From an uncultured bacterium (GTDB lineage Bacteria > Verrucomicrobiota > Verrucomicrobiia > Limisphaerales > UBA8199): a DNA stretch of 64,000 nt. Location of the stretch: positions 160,001 to 224,000 of the forward strand of contig CAVVMW010000021.1 of assembly GCA_963749495.1 (NCBI GenBank), given 5' to 3'. How positions within the stretch are numbered: the stretch's first letter is position 1; each line of letters begins with the position of its first letter. This document shows, one piece after another, positions 33,416 to 44,315 of the stretch. The notes beneath the pieces are model-generated. The model worked only from the letters and a program-made list of their open reading frames with translations, ran no database searches and was not told the DNA's origin. The translations under genes were made by a program, and so were the position numbers.

Positions 33416-34417
33416 TTAGCCTTGGAGGCGGCCTTTATCGTGAAGAAACCGTCTGATTGCCTTTCCACTCTCGGCGTCAAGCCCGAACATCGTGCGCATG
33501 AAGACGTGGTTGATGCCTGTGATTGTCTTAATCTCCGCCGCGGTCAAGGCCTGCGGAACACGCTGAAACCGCAAGAGTTTCATGGAGTACTCCTGCTCGG
33601 GCTCATCTTCGTGAGGGCATTTCATGAGTTTCCCATCGGCCTCGCCCACCGCTACGATGCCCTCGCCGGATTTGTAAAGGAAAACCACGTCATTTCTCGC
33701 CAGCCGCTCGATGCTGAACTTCCACGGCTCGTAGTAGGCGGCTGCCTTCCCCTTCGAGAGCATATCCTCGTGGTCCGCCTCGTCGTTGCTGAAGTTGGTG
33801 TTCAGAATGTAATAACCCTCAGCAATGTCTTCGTAGGGATTATCCTGAACTCGGAATGCTGATATTTCCAGGTGCATTGCATCGGCACCGGCAGGGTAAA
33901 CGCGATACACCCAAGGACGGACATCCAGCCCGCACTTTCGCCAATATTGAACCGCCTCGCGGGTCTTACGATCAATACCGTTGGTCATGACGACGAAGAC
34001 CTGCTTACAGTTGAACTGATCTTCCTTAAGGTCGGTGCCGAATTTCGCCGCGTGGGCTGTCTTCAGCGATTGGGATTGGTCCGTCGCTTTCTGATACCGC
34101 GCATTCAGTTCAGCGTACCGCCATGGCCCATACATCTGGCCATAGCGAAGGACCTGAAGCAAGTTCGAGCTTTCCGACTCCCCTGCCTTCAATTCAAAGA
34201 TGAATAGGGCGCCGTCCCTGTCAACGGCCATTAGGTCGGGCTCCTCCTGCCATTGGCGGGACTGCATTAGGAGGATAAGCTCGTCATCTGGAAACAACCT
34301 GTCCAGTGATTTGAAAAGGATCTCCTGCAGGCCGCGCTCGTCGAGGCCAAAAGACTGGAGCCGTTCCGTGCGGCATTTCTCTGCGTATCGCGTCTTTATA
34401 TTGATTTTGAGCAGCAT
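33416..34417 (-). CDS. PD-(D/E)XK (NucS-like) nuclease fused to an EVE/PUA-like domain
   Basis: PDLMAVDRDGALFIFELK...LLQVLRY; C-terminal YYILNTN...NDVVFLYKSGEGIVAVG. Confidence 0.75.
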   Translation of the reverse strand: MLLKINIKTRYAEKCRTERLQSFGLDERGLQEILFKSLDRLFPDDELILLMQSRQWQEEPDLMAVDRDGALFIFELKAGESESSNLLQVLRYGQMYGPWRYAELNARYQKATDQSQSLKTAHAAKFGTDLKEDQFNCKQVFVVMTNGIDRKTREAVQYWRKCGLDVRPWVYRVYPAGADAMHLEISAFRVQDNPYEDIAEGYYILNTNFSNDEADHEDMLSKGKAAAYYEPWKFSIERLARNDVVFLYKSGEGIVAVGEADGKLMKCPHEDEPEQEYSMKLLRFQRVPQALTAAEIKTITGINHVFMRTMFGLDAESGKAIRRFLHDKGRLQG

Positions 34418-34508
34418 AGTCGGAGAGGGTTCAGGAACTTCTTCGGAACAGCGGGTGCATTGGAATGAACTTTAACAGGAGTTAAGAGCCCATGGAAGAA
34501 TTGAACTG

Positions 34509-35324
34509 GTCGAGTGGAGTGGAGGCGCGACCGGTTTAGACCAATGGCTTCCTGTGTTTCTGCCCTTTCGAGCATCGTGGCAAATGGCCATCAGGTCCTG
34601 CCCACGTTTCCCCCACCCCCTCTGCATCATCCCGTACGGCGAGTTTTCCCCGGTACGGTTGGAAGCCAGCCTTGTCGCTCCGCGCCCTTCCGCAGCCGTC
34701 CCCGGCTGCGTTTGACGCGGAGCCTGCGTTCCTTTCCGTGTCTGGCTCAGAGTCCAGATGTATCGGTCCGCGGCTGTGCCCACAGGCCCTTGGCTCAGCG
34801 CGGTTTATTATCCCCGCGCCTGCAAACGCTACTACGGCCTGATGCGCCGGTCTGACGAACTCCGTCCAGCTTGGGCCTGCTTCGGCTTGCTCCGGGCGGT
34901 CTTTGCCCTCGCGGGCCGTTCGCCTCACCTTCCCTTCTTTGCTTGGGCATACTTTCTGTCCATGCCGCGACCTCTACCCCGTTGGCTGACCGAGTTCGTT
35001 TGATGGCTCATCTCCCGGTCATCAGAGCCTTCACCGTTCCTATCACGGTTCGGCTGTTCCAAAACGCCCTTCTCACTGGTTTCAGAGAAGGAAGCACTTT
35101 CGGGGCGGCAGTCAGTTCTTAACGTTGCGGCCTGGACGTTGGCTAGAGCGGCTGACCAGTCCCCGCCAGCGGCTTGAGGCCGCCGACAGGCCCGCCCGTT
35201 TACGGCAGAGCTTGCCCCAGCCAGGGTCTCCCCTCGCCGGAGTCTGCTATCACTACTCGGCCCAACCATCCATTGCCGAGGCAGGACTTGCACCTGCGAG
35301 CATGTCCAAGATTGAAGGCTGCAC
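34509..35324 (-). mobile_element. ORF-less group II intron (816 nt)
   Basis: 5' GTGCAG; D5-like CCGTAC-CGGG-GAAAA-CTCG-CC-GTACGG (about 34628-34661); D6-like stem with A at -7; 3' end AC; EBS1 loop GATAGGA complementary to the exon junction; removal restores TCCTAT|CAGT. Confidence 0.9.
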
Positions 35325-35462
35325 ATAGGAATTTGCTTTTTTGCCGCGTCGGCGGTTAATGACGCTGCGCGGGTGAGGGAGAATTGGTTTTGCGTCCCGC
35401 TCATTCGGTTGCTACGCTGGCAGACGGGGACGAGGGTGTCAAGCAGCAGAGTTTGCCGGTTT
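35325..35462 (-). promoter_or_regulatory. Leader element 2 (promoter plus 5' exon), homologous to 4902-5038
   Basis: Minus strand: aaaccggcaaact..gcTTGACAccctc...aatgag...aaaaccaattctc..tcacccgcg.agcgtca...aagcaaattcctat. Confidence 0.85.
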
Positions 35463-35736
35463 CGGCGGAGCACGGGTGCCTTGGGGCGTGCTCCGGCCTA
35501 AGGGCCGGCTCAGCGGCCGCAAGTTGCGCGGCAGGGATGTCGGCTCGATGCCGGGCGAGCCGGGAGGATTGGGCGGCCAGGTAAAGGCTCGGCTCCGAAC
35601 CCGCCCTCCGGAGGACGGTTCTCAAACCGTGAGTACGTTTTCGTAATCGGGCGTCGGATCCACGTCGCCACAGGGCTCGTAGGTATAAGGCCCGGGGGCG
35701 CCCGGTGGGGAGAGGCTGGCGGTGGGGTGGTGCCGC

Positions 35737-35980
35737 GGCAGGGGTCAGACCGTAGAAAAGCCTCGTGCCTCCATGCCTTGGACCTCGAAAAAAATGCCTC
35801 ATAGTCCGCAGAGTCCGCATTGTCCTTAGCCAACATCCGTCCCAGCGCACACACTCCCGGCATGAAACGGCAACTGCGCCAACTGAGGCGTTCGGAAGGA
35901 ATAAATGTGCCAGGTATGGCGCAGGAATTTCGGCCGCTGGCGAGGCGCGAGCGAGGCGCATATCCGCCAGGATCTGTAAG
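35737..35980. repeat. About 245-bp direct repeat, copy A
   Basis: Nearly identical to 37019-37263; begins ggcaggggtcagacc. Confidence 0.93.
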
Positions 35981-36255
35981 AGCCTGTTTTAAAATTCCGT
36001 GGGGTCCTGTTTTCGAGGAAAAGGCTGTATGGCGAGGCGCGGCCGAGGGAGCATCCCCCCAGCGGGCTGTGACCGAGGGCGCAACGAAGCCAGACAGCCT
36101 TTTCCTCGAAAACCCTCCGGGCGGCGGGTCTTTTTGCCTCAGCCTTCGTTGCCCGCTCGTCACAGATCCCTGGGGATATGCTCCTCGCGGGCGCCTCGGC
36201 TGAGACAAAAATCCCTTGCCGCAAATGTATAGCTATTTCGGGGACACCACACTAG
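35978..36255. mobile_element. MITE-like structured element
   Basis: Internal arms gttttcgaggaaaaggctgt / acagccttttcctcgaaaac; bounded by TAAG and CTAG; not present after repeat copy B. Confidence 0.55.
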
Positions 36256-36705
36256 CGTGGGCAGATGGCCTGGAGTCCGGCTGCCCTTGCCAGTTCAACC
36301 TGCGCCTCGTCGAAGCTGATGAAGGAATCCGCGGCGAGTTCCTTGGCGTAGGCGACATGAAGGAGATCAGCCGACCGGCAATGGAAGGAGAAGGCGTGTT
36401 CGGCGCTGATTTCATACGCCGTTCGGAGGACGTTCCCGCCAATCTGCCTCCATGTGCAGGAAATAACCGACCCGCACGTCCGTTTCCAGCCTATGAATGA
36501 TGCGCCGGGCGTCGCCCGCACTCACGACGGGTTGGTCGCCCAGCGCGAATTGCCGCAGAGCGTTGCTGACCTCGACCCGGTGCCAGGGCGACCAAATGAA
36601 GGTCTCGTCGCCGCGAGCCTCATAGAACTCGGTGGCTGTCTCATGGTGCGTGTCATCAAAGAAGCGAAGCGCCAGGAAAAAGGTCGTATCGGGATACAGG
36701 TTCAT
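36252..36705 (-). CDS. vapC: PIN-domain VapC toxin (frameshift about 36437)
   Basis: YPDTTFFLAL, RVEVSNAL; second frame RSADLLHVAYA...FISFDEAQVELARAAG. Confidence 0.85.
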
Positions 36706-36935
36706 TGCCGCAGTCTCCGGAGCAGGGCGGCGGTATCCACCTTTCGGCCCGGCTTGGACAGCAGCGCCTTGGCCTCTTTTTGGAGTTCCGCCGCAGTCTT
36801 TACAGGCCGCCGCCCAGCCTTGCTCACCAACAGGTCGGCCTTGCCGTGGGAGGTAACCACTAGCGTCTGACCCGGGTGCAGCGAGCGGGTCAGTGCGGGC
36901 GAGTGGAAGAACTCACGCATCGTCAGCGTTTTCAT
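36702..36935 (-). CDS. Phd/YefM-like antitoxin
   Basis: MKTLTMREF...GQTLVVTSHGK; ATGA overlap with toxin. Confidence 0.8.
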   Translation of the reverse strand: MKTLTMREFFHSPALTRSLHPGQTLVVTSHGKADLLVSKAGRRPVKTAAELQKEAKALLSKPGRKVDTAALLRRLRQ

Positions 36936-37018
36936 GCGTCTAGCATACGCGTTAGACGCTTCACCCGTCAAGGAGTTCCTTGCGATCTCGACGTTCTTTG
37001 CGGCCAATTCCGCCAGGT

Positions 37019-37263
37019 GGCAGGGGTCAGACCGTAGAAAAGCCTCACGCCTCCACCCCTTGGACCTCGAAAAAAATGCCTCATAGTTCGCATAGTCCGC
37101 ATTGTCCTTAGACAACATCCGTCCCCAGCGCACACACTCCCGGCATGAAACGGCAACTGCGCCAACTGAGGCGTTCGGAAGGAATAAATGTGCCAGGTAT
37201 GGCGCAGGAATTTCGGCCGCTGGCGAGGCGCGAGCGAGGCGCATATCCGCCAGGATCTGTAAG
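37019..37263. repeat. About 245-bp direct repeat, copy B
   Basis: Nearly identical to 35737-35980. Confidence 0.93.
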
Positions 37264-37526
37264 GAGCGAGCAACAAAGCCAGCGGGCAAAAGGACCAGCC
37301 AGAGCTGGCACGTTTATTCGTTCCGAATGCCTCAGGCCCCGCACAGGCCGCCCAGCGCAGGGGGCCAACCGGTGGTCCAGCCTCATTCCCACCAATTCAC
37401 GCGATTCCCGCAATTTCGCGCACTTTCCCACACTTTCCCACAATTTCCCACAATTTCTAAAGCCCCCGGGAGAGGAGAAACGTCGAGCTCGCGCCTTACC
37501 AAAGCGCACCGGGGTGCCAAGGATTC

Positions 37527-37704
37527 GGCAGACCCCTCACCCCGGCCCTCTGCCCTTCCCCGATAGGATGGGGGCAGGCGGGCGGGGAGAGGGAGAGTTC
37601 TCAATCGCGCTTGGAGGAAGCGCGGACGCCTGGAAGCTCCCGAGACTGCCGACGTCTCTCCCTCTCCCCTTTGGAAGGGGAGAGGGCCGCGGTGAGGGGT
37701 CTGC
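37527..37704. repeat. CCCTCACCCCGGCCCTCT palindromic element
   Basis: Same family as 8610. Confidence 0.8.
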
Positions 37705-37942
37705 CCGGCACTCTGTCTCCTGCTTCACGGACCGGTTTCCGGGCCTCGGTTTCTTGCGCTTGCTCGCCCGGGCGGATGCGGGCTACACTGCGGCGGCTAG
37801 AGTCCTTGAATTTCAAAATGTGATGCAGACAGGTCAAGTTTGTGGCACGGGCATCCTGCCCGTGGGGGCTTGGGCAGGATGCCCGAGCCACGGTCTGAGG
37901 CCCTGCCTCGGCTAGCATGACAACCAGGCTCGATTGACGATT

Positions 37943-39315
37943 ATGAAAAACACTCGAAGGCAGTTCCTGAAAACCACCGCCCTGGCGACCTCGGCCGTTT
38001 CGATAGCGATCGTGCCCCGGCACGTGCTGGGGGGCCCGGCCAGAAGGCACCCAGCGAAACACTCAACATCGCCGGCATCGGCGTGGGGGGCATGGGGGCC
38101 AACAACTTGAAGGCCTGTTCCGGGGAGAACATCGTGGCCCTGTGCGACGTGGATTCCAAGTACGCGGCGGGGACCTTTGCGGCGCATCCCAATGCGAAGG
38201 TGTACCGCGATTTCCGCGAGATGCTCGATCAGCAGAAGGACATCGAGGCGGTGATAGTGGCGACGCCGGACCACAGCCACGCCGTTATCGCGCTGGCGGC
38301 CATCCGGGCCGGCAAACACGTGTATGTGCAGAAGCCGCTGACCTATTCGGTCCAGGAAGCGCGGGCGCTGACGGAGGCGGCCCGCCAGCACCGAGTGGCC
38401 TCCCAGATGGGCAACCAGGGCCACTCCGGCGACGGGACCCGCCTGGTGTGCGAGTGGATTGGGAACAAGGTCATCGGCGCGGTGCGGGAGGTCCATGTCT
38501 GGACCAACCGCCCGGTCTGGCCCCAGGGTGTGGAGGTCGAACGCCCCAAGGAGACGCCCCCTGTGCCCGAGGGATTGGATTGGGAGCGCTGGCTCGGCCC
38601 GGCCCCGTACCGGCCCTATCACCCGGCCTATGTGCCCGGCACCTGGCGCGCGTGGTGCGACTTTGGCACCGGCGCCTTGGGCGACCTGGGCTGCCATCTC
38701 CTGGACGCGCCGTTCTGGGCCCTGAACCTCAAATACCCCGTGAGCGTCGAGGGTTCCATCTCCACCTATTGGCAGGGTCTTTGGAAGAAGACCGAGCCGC
38801 GCAATGAGAACTTCCCGCGCTCGACGGTCGTGCGTTACAAGTTCCCCGCCCGGGGCGATTGGCCGGCGGTGCGCCTGACCTGGTGGGACGGCGGCATCAT
38901 GCCCCCGCGTCCCGAGGGCCTGGACCCCGACGAACCGTTGGGCGATTCGGACGGCGGGGTCATCTTTGTCGGGGAAACGGGCGTGCTCATCTGCGGCTGT
39001 TACGGGCTCAAGCCGCGGGTCTTCCCGGAGGAGCGGATGCGGGACCTGCCGCGGACCCCGCAGAGGATCGAACGCATCCCCGGCGGTTTGGACGGACACG
39101 AGAAGGATTGGGTCCGGGCGTGCAAGGGAGGCAAGCCGGCCAGTTCCAACTTCGATTATTCCGGCCCGTTGTCCGAGATGGTCCTCATGGGCAACCTGGC
39201 CGTGCGCTTCCCCAACAAGCCGTTGCTCTGGGACGGCGAGAAGATGCAGGTGACCAATGACGCCGCGGCCAATGCCTGCGTGGGCCGCACCTACCGCCAG
39301 GGGTGGACCTTGTGA
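37943..39315 (+). CDS. Tat-exported Gfo/Idh/MocA oxidoreductase (frameshift about 38035)
   Basis: TRRQFLK signal; [31 protein letters not shown]. Confidence 0.92.
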
Positions 39316-42056
39316 CGCAAAGTTCGGGCCATCGTGTGCGGCGGACGTTTCGATTGCGCTACCGCACGCATTATGGGCAGTCCTTGTGGGTGACGGGCAA
39401 TGCCCAGTGGCTTGGCCAGGACCGGCCTGAAAGAGCGATTCCCATGCAGTATTTGGACGCGGAGTCCTGGCAGGTGACGCTCAATATCAACCGCGAAGGC
39501 GCCCTGAAAACCAGTGGGGGCTATCATTACGTGCTGCGTGAGGCAGATGGCACTCGCATCCAGGACTGGGGCAACGATCGGCGGCTGGACCTGGCGGCTT
39601 TCAAGGCCGAGGAAGCGGTGATTCTCGATTCCTGGAATCCCCCGGGGCAGATCGAGAATGTCTATTACACGGAGCCTTTCCGGCAGGTCCTGCTGAAGTC
39701 CGAGCCTGTTGAGTTCCACGAACCCGCGCCGGCCGCGGAGAGCCATGTCTTCCGGGTCAAGGCCCCGCTGTTGGCCGGAGGGCAGACTGTGTGCCTTCTG
39801 GGCAGCACCCCTGCCTTGCGCCAGTGGAACACGCGCCAACCCCTGCTCCTGAGCCGCCCGGTGGGTGAGGACTATTTCAGCGTCGCGCTGGACCTGGCCC
39901 GGGAGCCGCTCCCGCTCCAGTACAAGTACGGCATCTATGATTTGGAAAACCGGGCGTTCGTGCGCTACGAAGACGGCTGGAACCGGACCCTGCCCGACAC
40001 GGGGCCGCGCCAGCGGTTGACGGTGGTGAACGACGGTTTTGCGAATTTGCCCGGCCCGCTTTGGAAGGGCGCCGGCGTTGCCATCCCGGTGTTCAGCCTC
40101 CGCTCCCAATCCAGCTTCGGCATCGGTGAGTTTGCCGACTTGAAGCTCCTGGCCGACTGGTGCCGGCAGGCGGGCCTCAAGCTGATCCAGATCCTGCCGG
40201 TCAACGACACAACCGCCACTCACACCTGGCGGGATTCCTACCCCTATGCTGCCATCTCGGCGTTCGCGCTTCACCCGGTCTATCTGAATCCCGGCCGGGT
40301 GGCCACGACGGAAGCCAACCGGCAGCAGTTGACCGCCCTGGAGGGGCCGCGCCAGAGGCTCAACGCCCTTGACAGCCTGGACTACGAGGCGGTCCTGAAG
40401 ACCAAACTCGGTTTTCTGAGGCAAATCTTTCCGACTGAGAAAGAGCGGACCTTCGACAGCCAGGATTATCGGGCCTTTCTGGAGCGCAACCGGCACTGGC
40501 TGGAACCTTACGCGGCGTTTTGTTTTCTGCGCGATCGATTCGGGACGGCGGATTTCACGCGATGGCCGGCGTGCGGCAGTTACCGGGCCGAGGAGATTGC
40601 GGCACTGGCGCCGGCAGGCAGCGCCGCCGCCCAGGAGCTAGCCTTTCACCGTTTCCTTCAATACCACCTGCACGCCCAGTTGCTGGAGGCCACGCAATAC
40701 GCCCATAACCAGGGGGTCATTCTCAAAGGCGACATCGCGATTGGCGTCTCCCGTTACAGTGCCGATGCCTGGCAGCAACCGGACCTCTTTCACACAGACG
40801 TGCAGGCGGGCGCCCCGCCCGATGCCTTCTCGGCCACGGGGCAGAACTGGAGTTTCCCCACCTACAATTGGCCCCGCATGCAACAGACCGGGTTCGAGTG
40901 GTGGAAACGCCGCTTCGAGCAGATGGGCCGTTACTTCGATGCCTTCCGCATCGACCACATCCTGGGCTTCTTCCGCATTTGGAGCATCCCCATCCACGCC
41001 ATCGAGGGCCTCCTGGGCCACTTCGTCCCAGCCCTGCCCGTCCAGGAACCGGAGTTCGCCCAGCGCCGCATCCCCTTCGAGCGCGAGCGGTTCGTGCGCC
41101 CTTACATTACCGATACCGTGTTGCGAGAGGTCTTCGGCGGCGAAGACGACGCGGTCAAGGAGCGGTTCCTCGAAACCGGAGGACCGGGCGGTTACAGCCT
41201 CAAGCCGCGCTTTGCCACCCAGCGCCAGGTCCAGGAGTATTTCGCCGGCTTGGAACAGACGGAGCAGAACGCCCGCCTGAAACAGAAGTTGTTCGATCTC
41301 ATCAGCAACGTCATCCTGCTCGAGGCCGCACCCTACGCCCAAGGGGCGGCAGGGCCGAAACTCCATTTCCGTTTCGCAATGGAGGCCACGTCTTCCTTCA
41401 GGCACCTGGACCAGCAGAGCCGCGGCCAGCTCAGCGAACTCTACATTGACTATTTTTACCGGCGGCAGGACGCCTGTTGGATGAAGGAGGCCATGCGCAA
41501 ACTCCCCGCCCTCAAGGCGGTCACCAACATGCTGGTCTGCGGGGAGGACCTGGGGATGGTGCCGGCGTGCGTGCCTGAGGCGATGAAACAACTGGGCTTG
41601 CTCAGCCTGGAGGTCCAACGCATGCCCAAGCAGCTCGGCAGCCAGTTCTCGCGTCCGCAGCAGGCCCCCTACTTGAGCGTGGTGACCCCCTCGACCCATG
41701 ATATGAGCACCGTCCGCGGTTGGTGGAGAGAGGACCGAGACATTACCCGGAGGTTCTTCAAACAGGAACTGGGACAGCCGGGCGAGCCGCCCGAGGATTG
41801 CGAGGCATGGATCAGCCAGGCCATTGTTGCCCAGCACCTGGCCTCACCCGCGATCTGGGCCGTCTTCCAGTTACAGGACCTCCTCGGCATGGACCAGCGC
41901 CTGCGGCACCAACACCCGGACCAGGAGCGAATCAACACCCCGGCAAACCCCAATAACCTCTGGCGATACCGAGTACACTTGACGCTGGAGGAGCTGATCG
42001 CTGCCGAGGCATTCAACACGGACCTCAGAACGTCCGTTCAGAAGAACGGAAGGTAA
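39312..42056 (+). CDS. malQ: 4-alpha-glucanotransferase (GH77) with N-terminal CBM20-like domains
   Basis: [53 protein letters not shown]. Confidence 0.95.
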   Translation: MTQSSGHRVRRTFRLRYRTHYGQSLWVTGNAQWLGQDRPERAIPMQYLDAESWQVTLNINREGALKTSGGYHYVLREADGTRIQDWGNDRRLDLAAFKAEEAVILDSWNPPGQIENVYYTEPFRQVLLKSEPVEFHEPAPAAESHVFRVKAPLLAGGQTVCLLGSTPALRQWNTRQPLLLSRPVGEDYFSVALDLAREPLPLQYKYGIYDLENRAFVRYEDGWNRTLPDTGPRQRLTVVNDGFANLPGPLWKGAGVAIPVFSLRSQSSFGIGEFADLKLLADWCRQAGLKLIQILPVNDTTATHTWRDSYPYAAISAFALHPVYLNPGRVATTEANRQQLTALEGPRQRLNALDSLDYEAVLKTKLGFLRQIFPTEKERTFDSQDYRAFLERNRHWLEPYAAFCFLRDRFGTADFTRWPACGSYRAEEIAALAPAGSAAAQELAFHRFLQYHLHAQLLEATQYAHNQGVILKGDIAIGVSRYSADAWQQPDLFHTDVQAGAPPDAFSATGQNWSFPTYNWPRMQQTGFEWWKRRFEQMGRYFDAFRIDHILGFFRIWSIPIHAIEGLLGHFVPALPVQEPEFAQRRIPFERERFVRPYITDTVLREVFGGEDDAVKERFLETGGPGGYSLKPRFATQRQVQEYFAGLEQTEQNARLKQKLFDLISNVILLEAAPYAQGAAGPKLHFRFAMEATSSFRHLDQQSRGQLSELYIDYFYRRQDACWMKEAMRKLPALKAVTNMLVCGEDLGMVPACVPEAMKQLGLLSLEVQRMPKQLGSQFSRPQQAPYLSVVTPSTHDMSTVRGWWREDRDITRRFFKQELGQPGEPPEDCEAWISQAIVAQHLASPAIWAVFQLQDLLGMDQRLRHQHPDQERINTPANPNNLWRYRVHLTLEELIAAEAFNTDLRTSVQKNGR

Positions 42057-42217
42057 CAGGCCCGCACGGGGCCTGGGAGCGGAGGTTCTGGCCAGAGAGC
42101 TTCGCTTCCAAACCTTTGTCGCAACCTTTGTCGCAACCTTTGTCGTGCCGGCCATGCTTCGACAAAGGCGGCGACAAAGATTGCGACAAAGGTAACGACA
42201 AAGGTTGCGGCCAAGTC

Positions 42218-43450
42218 TTATCGCCAATAAAAGCTCAGGACCTGGATGTCGCGGGGGTTATTGCGGCCGAGGACGGCGATGAATTGGCGCCGTGCGGCGC
42301 CGACGCGGGCATCGATCTGGACCTGGAAGGTGCGGCTGCGGACATCGCAGAATTGCTGGAGCCCGCGGGCCACCTCCAGGCTCACCTCGGGGTTGCGCCG
42401 GACCTGGTCGACGCTGCGGTAGGGACCCGTGAGGCCGCTGCCGTCGTCTTCGCCGGCGCGGGCGGCGACAATGGCCTCGGCGACGATGGCGTTGACCCCC
42501 GGGACAAGCTGGAGGACATCGGCAGAGGCGGTGTTGATGTTGATTCTGCCGGAGGAGAGGGGGGTGAAGAGGTGAACCAGGCCGGAGCTGAACGCGGGGG
42601 CGGCGGCTTGCGGGCCGAAGAAGGTGTTCCGCTGCTGGAAGGAGGCGGCCTGATGGTTGGTCGCGGCGGCGGAGCCCCAGTAGAGATCCGGCGTGATGCC
42701 CTTGACGAAGAGCAATTCGCACATGTCGTCGATCGGACCGTTCTTGGCATTGTAGGGCGGGTCCTCGCCCTGGTAATAATCGCTCTCGGCGCCCTGCACG
42801 CGCGGGACATCGTCAGGGTCGATCCAGTCCAGGATGCAATTGATGATGGGGGTCATCTGGCCGGCGTCGACGCCCATGAGCGTGAGGGCCTGTTCGAGGA
42901 TAGGCTCCGGGGCGGTGTTGATGTTGAACTTGCGCTCCAGGTCGGTCATCTTCCAGGCGAAACTGCCCGTGCCGAGTTCGACCGGGTTTTTGACATCCAT
43001 GAGGGGGCTGTTGGTGGTGGCGATGCCGCCCATGCCGCCGGCCCAGACCTGGTTGAGGGCATCGTAGGGCTCCCCGGGGATGCGCATCTGTTCGGCCAAT
43101 ATCCAGCGGCAATACTCGACGCCCGAACGCCCGAGCCATTCGAGCTGGGCTTCGCTATTGACGTTGCGCGCGAGCTTGGTCTCCACTTTCATCGAAAGGG
43201 CGAACCCGCCGGCCAGGAGGGCCAGGACAGTGATGGAAATCATCACGATGATCAGGGCGATGCCGCGCGCTCTTGAGTGCGGAATGTGGAGTGCGGAGTG
43301 CGGAATGGGGAATGCGGAATGCGGAGTGCGGACCGCCCAATGATGAATGACGAATGACGAATGACGAATGACGAAGGGCTCAGACAGGCTGCCCTCGCCG
43401 TCCCGTGGTCCCGTGGTCCCGTGGTCCCCTAATCCCATCCGCAGCCTCAT
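42218..43450 (-). CDS. gspK: Type II secretion pseudopilin GspK
   Basis: RGIALIIVM, DLERKFNIN, ILDWIDPDD, GAESDYY, RININTA. Confidence 0.9.
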   Translation of the reverse strand: MRLRMGLGDHGTTGPRDGEGSLSEPFVIRHSSFVIHHWAVRTPHSAFPIPHSALHIPHSRARGIALIIVMISITVLALLAGGFALSMKVETKLARNVNSEAQLEWLGRSGVEYCRWILAEQMRIPGEPYDALNQVWAGGMGGIATTNSPLMDVKNPVELGTGSFAWKMTDLERKFNINTAPEPILEQALTLMGVDAGQMTPIINCILDWIDPDDVPRVQGAESDYYQGEDPPYNAKNGPIDDMCELLFVKGITPDLYWGSAAATNHQAASFQQRNTFFGPQAAAPAFSSGLVHLFTPLSSGRININTASADVLQLVPGVNAIVAEAIVAARAGEDDGSGLTGPYRSVDQVRRNPEVSLEVARGLQQFCDVRSRTFQVQIDARVGAARRQFIAVLGRNNPRDIQVLSFYWR

Positions 43451-44315
43451 GGCCTGCCTCCTGCCGGCCCCCGGGCGTTGGGCTGGGCTGAATCACGCCC
43501 GGCTGCGCGGGCACGGGCGGCATCCCGCCCGGACCAGGCATCATGCCCGGGGCCGGCATTCCCGGCATGCCCCTGGGCATCTGCCACATGAGCGCCACGC
43601 CGCCGGCGGGCAGTTGGATGATGCGGGTAATCTCTTCCTCGGCCGAGCCCAGGCGTGTCGTGTCCGCCAGCTTGAGGGTCACGATGATGCCCCGCGGCAG
43701 TTGGTTGGTGAACTTCCATTCGTCCACCCACTCGCTTCGTTTCAGGTCCCAGAATTGGAACTTGAATTCTCTCACGTTCTTTGCCAGCACCAGCGGGTGG
43801 TTCTTCTCGTCCACCATCATGGGGTTTTGCGAACCGGACTCCAGGTCCATCATCAGCGGCACCTGGCGCAGGACCAACTGGCGGCTCCCATCGCGCGCCG
43901 ATTCCACCGAGAAGATCAGGCGCCGCACATCGAAGTCGCCGAAATGCCCGCCGCGGGGGAAGTCCCTCGAGAGGCGGGCGACAAAGCTGAGCATCGGCTC
44001 GTCGCCGTTTTCCGCCACAAAGCTGTAATAGCGCTGGTTTTGGATGAAGCTCATGGCGGAGCCCAGGGAATCCTCCAGCACGCGCACGCAGATGCGGAGC
44101 CGCTGCACGGTGGCTGCGGCCCGCTGCCCGGACTTGGCCGAGCGCAGAATGGCCGTCCAGCTCGAATAAATCGCCACCAGCACCAGCGAGAAGATCGCGA
44201 TGGCGATCATCATCTCGAACAACGTGAAACCGCCGCGCGCCGGAGCGGGCCACGATCCCTCCGGTCCGTTGTCCCGGCGCATCGGGGCCGCTCTTCCTGG
44301 AAAAACCGGTTTCAT
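43380..44315 (-). CDS. gspJ: Type II secretion pseudopilin GspJ (true stop may be 43447)
   Basis: GGFTLFEMMIAIAIF; WVDEW...LPRGIIVTL; operon position. Confidence 0.85.
   Translation of the reverse strand: MKPVFPGRAAPMRRDNGPEGSWPAPARGGFTLFEMMIAIAIFSLVLVAIYSSWTAILRSAKSGQRAAATVQRLRICVRVLEDSLGSAMSFIQNQRYYSFVAENGDEPMLSFVARLSRDFPRGGHFGDFDVRRLIFSVESARDGSRQLVLRQVPLMMDLESGSQNPMMVDEKNHPLVLAKNVREFKFQFWDLKRSEWVDEWKFTNQLPRGIIVTLKLADTTRLGSAEEEITRIIQLPAGGVALMWQMPRGMPGMPAPGMMPGPGGMPPVPAQPGVIQPSPTPGGRQEAGHEAADGIRGPRDHGTTGRRGQPV

Noticed and set aside
34536..35473. ORFs inside the intron as an intron-encoded RT
   Set aside because: They are short and show no RT motifs such as YADD.
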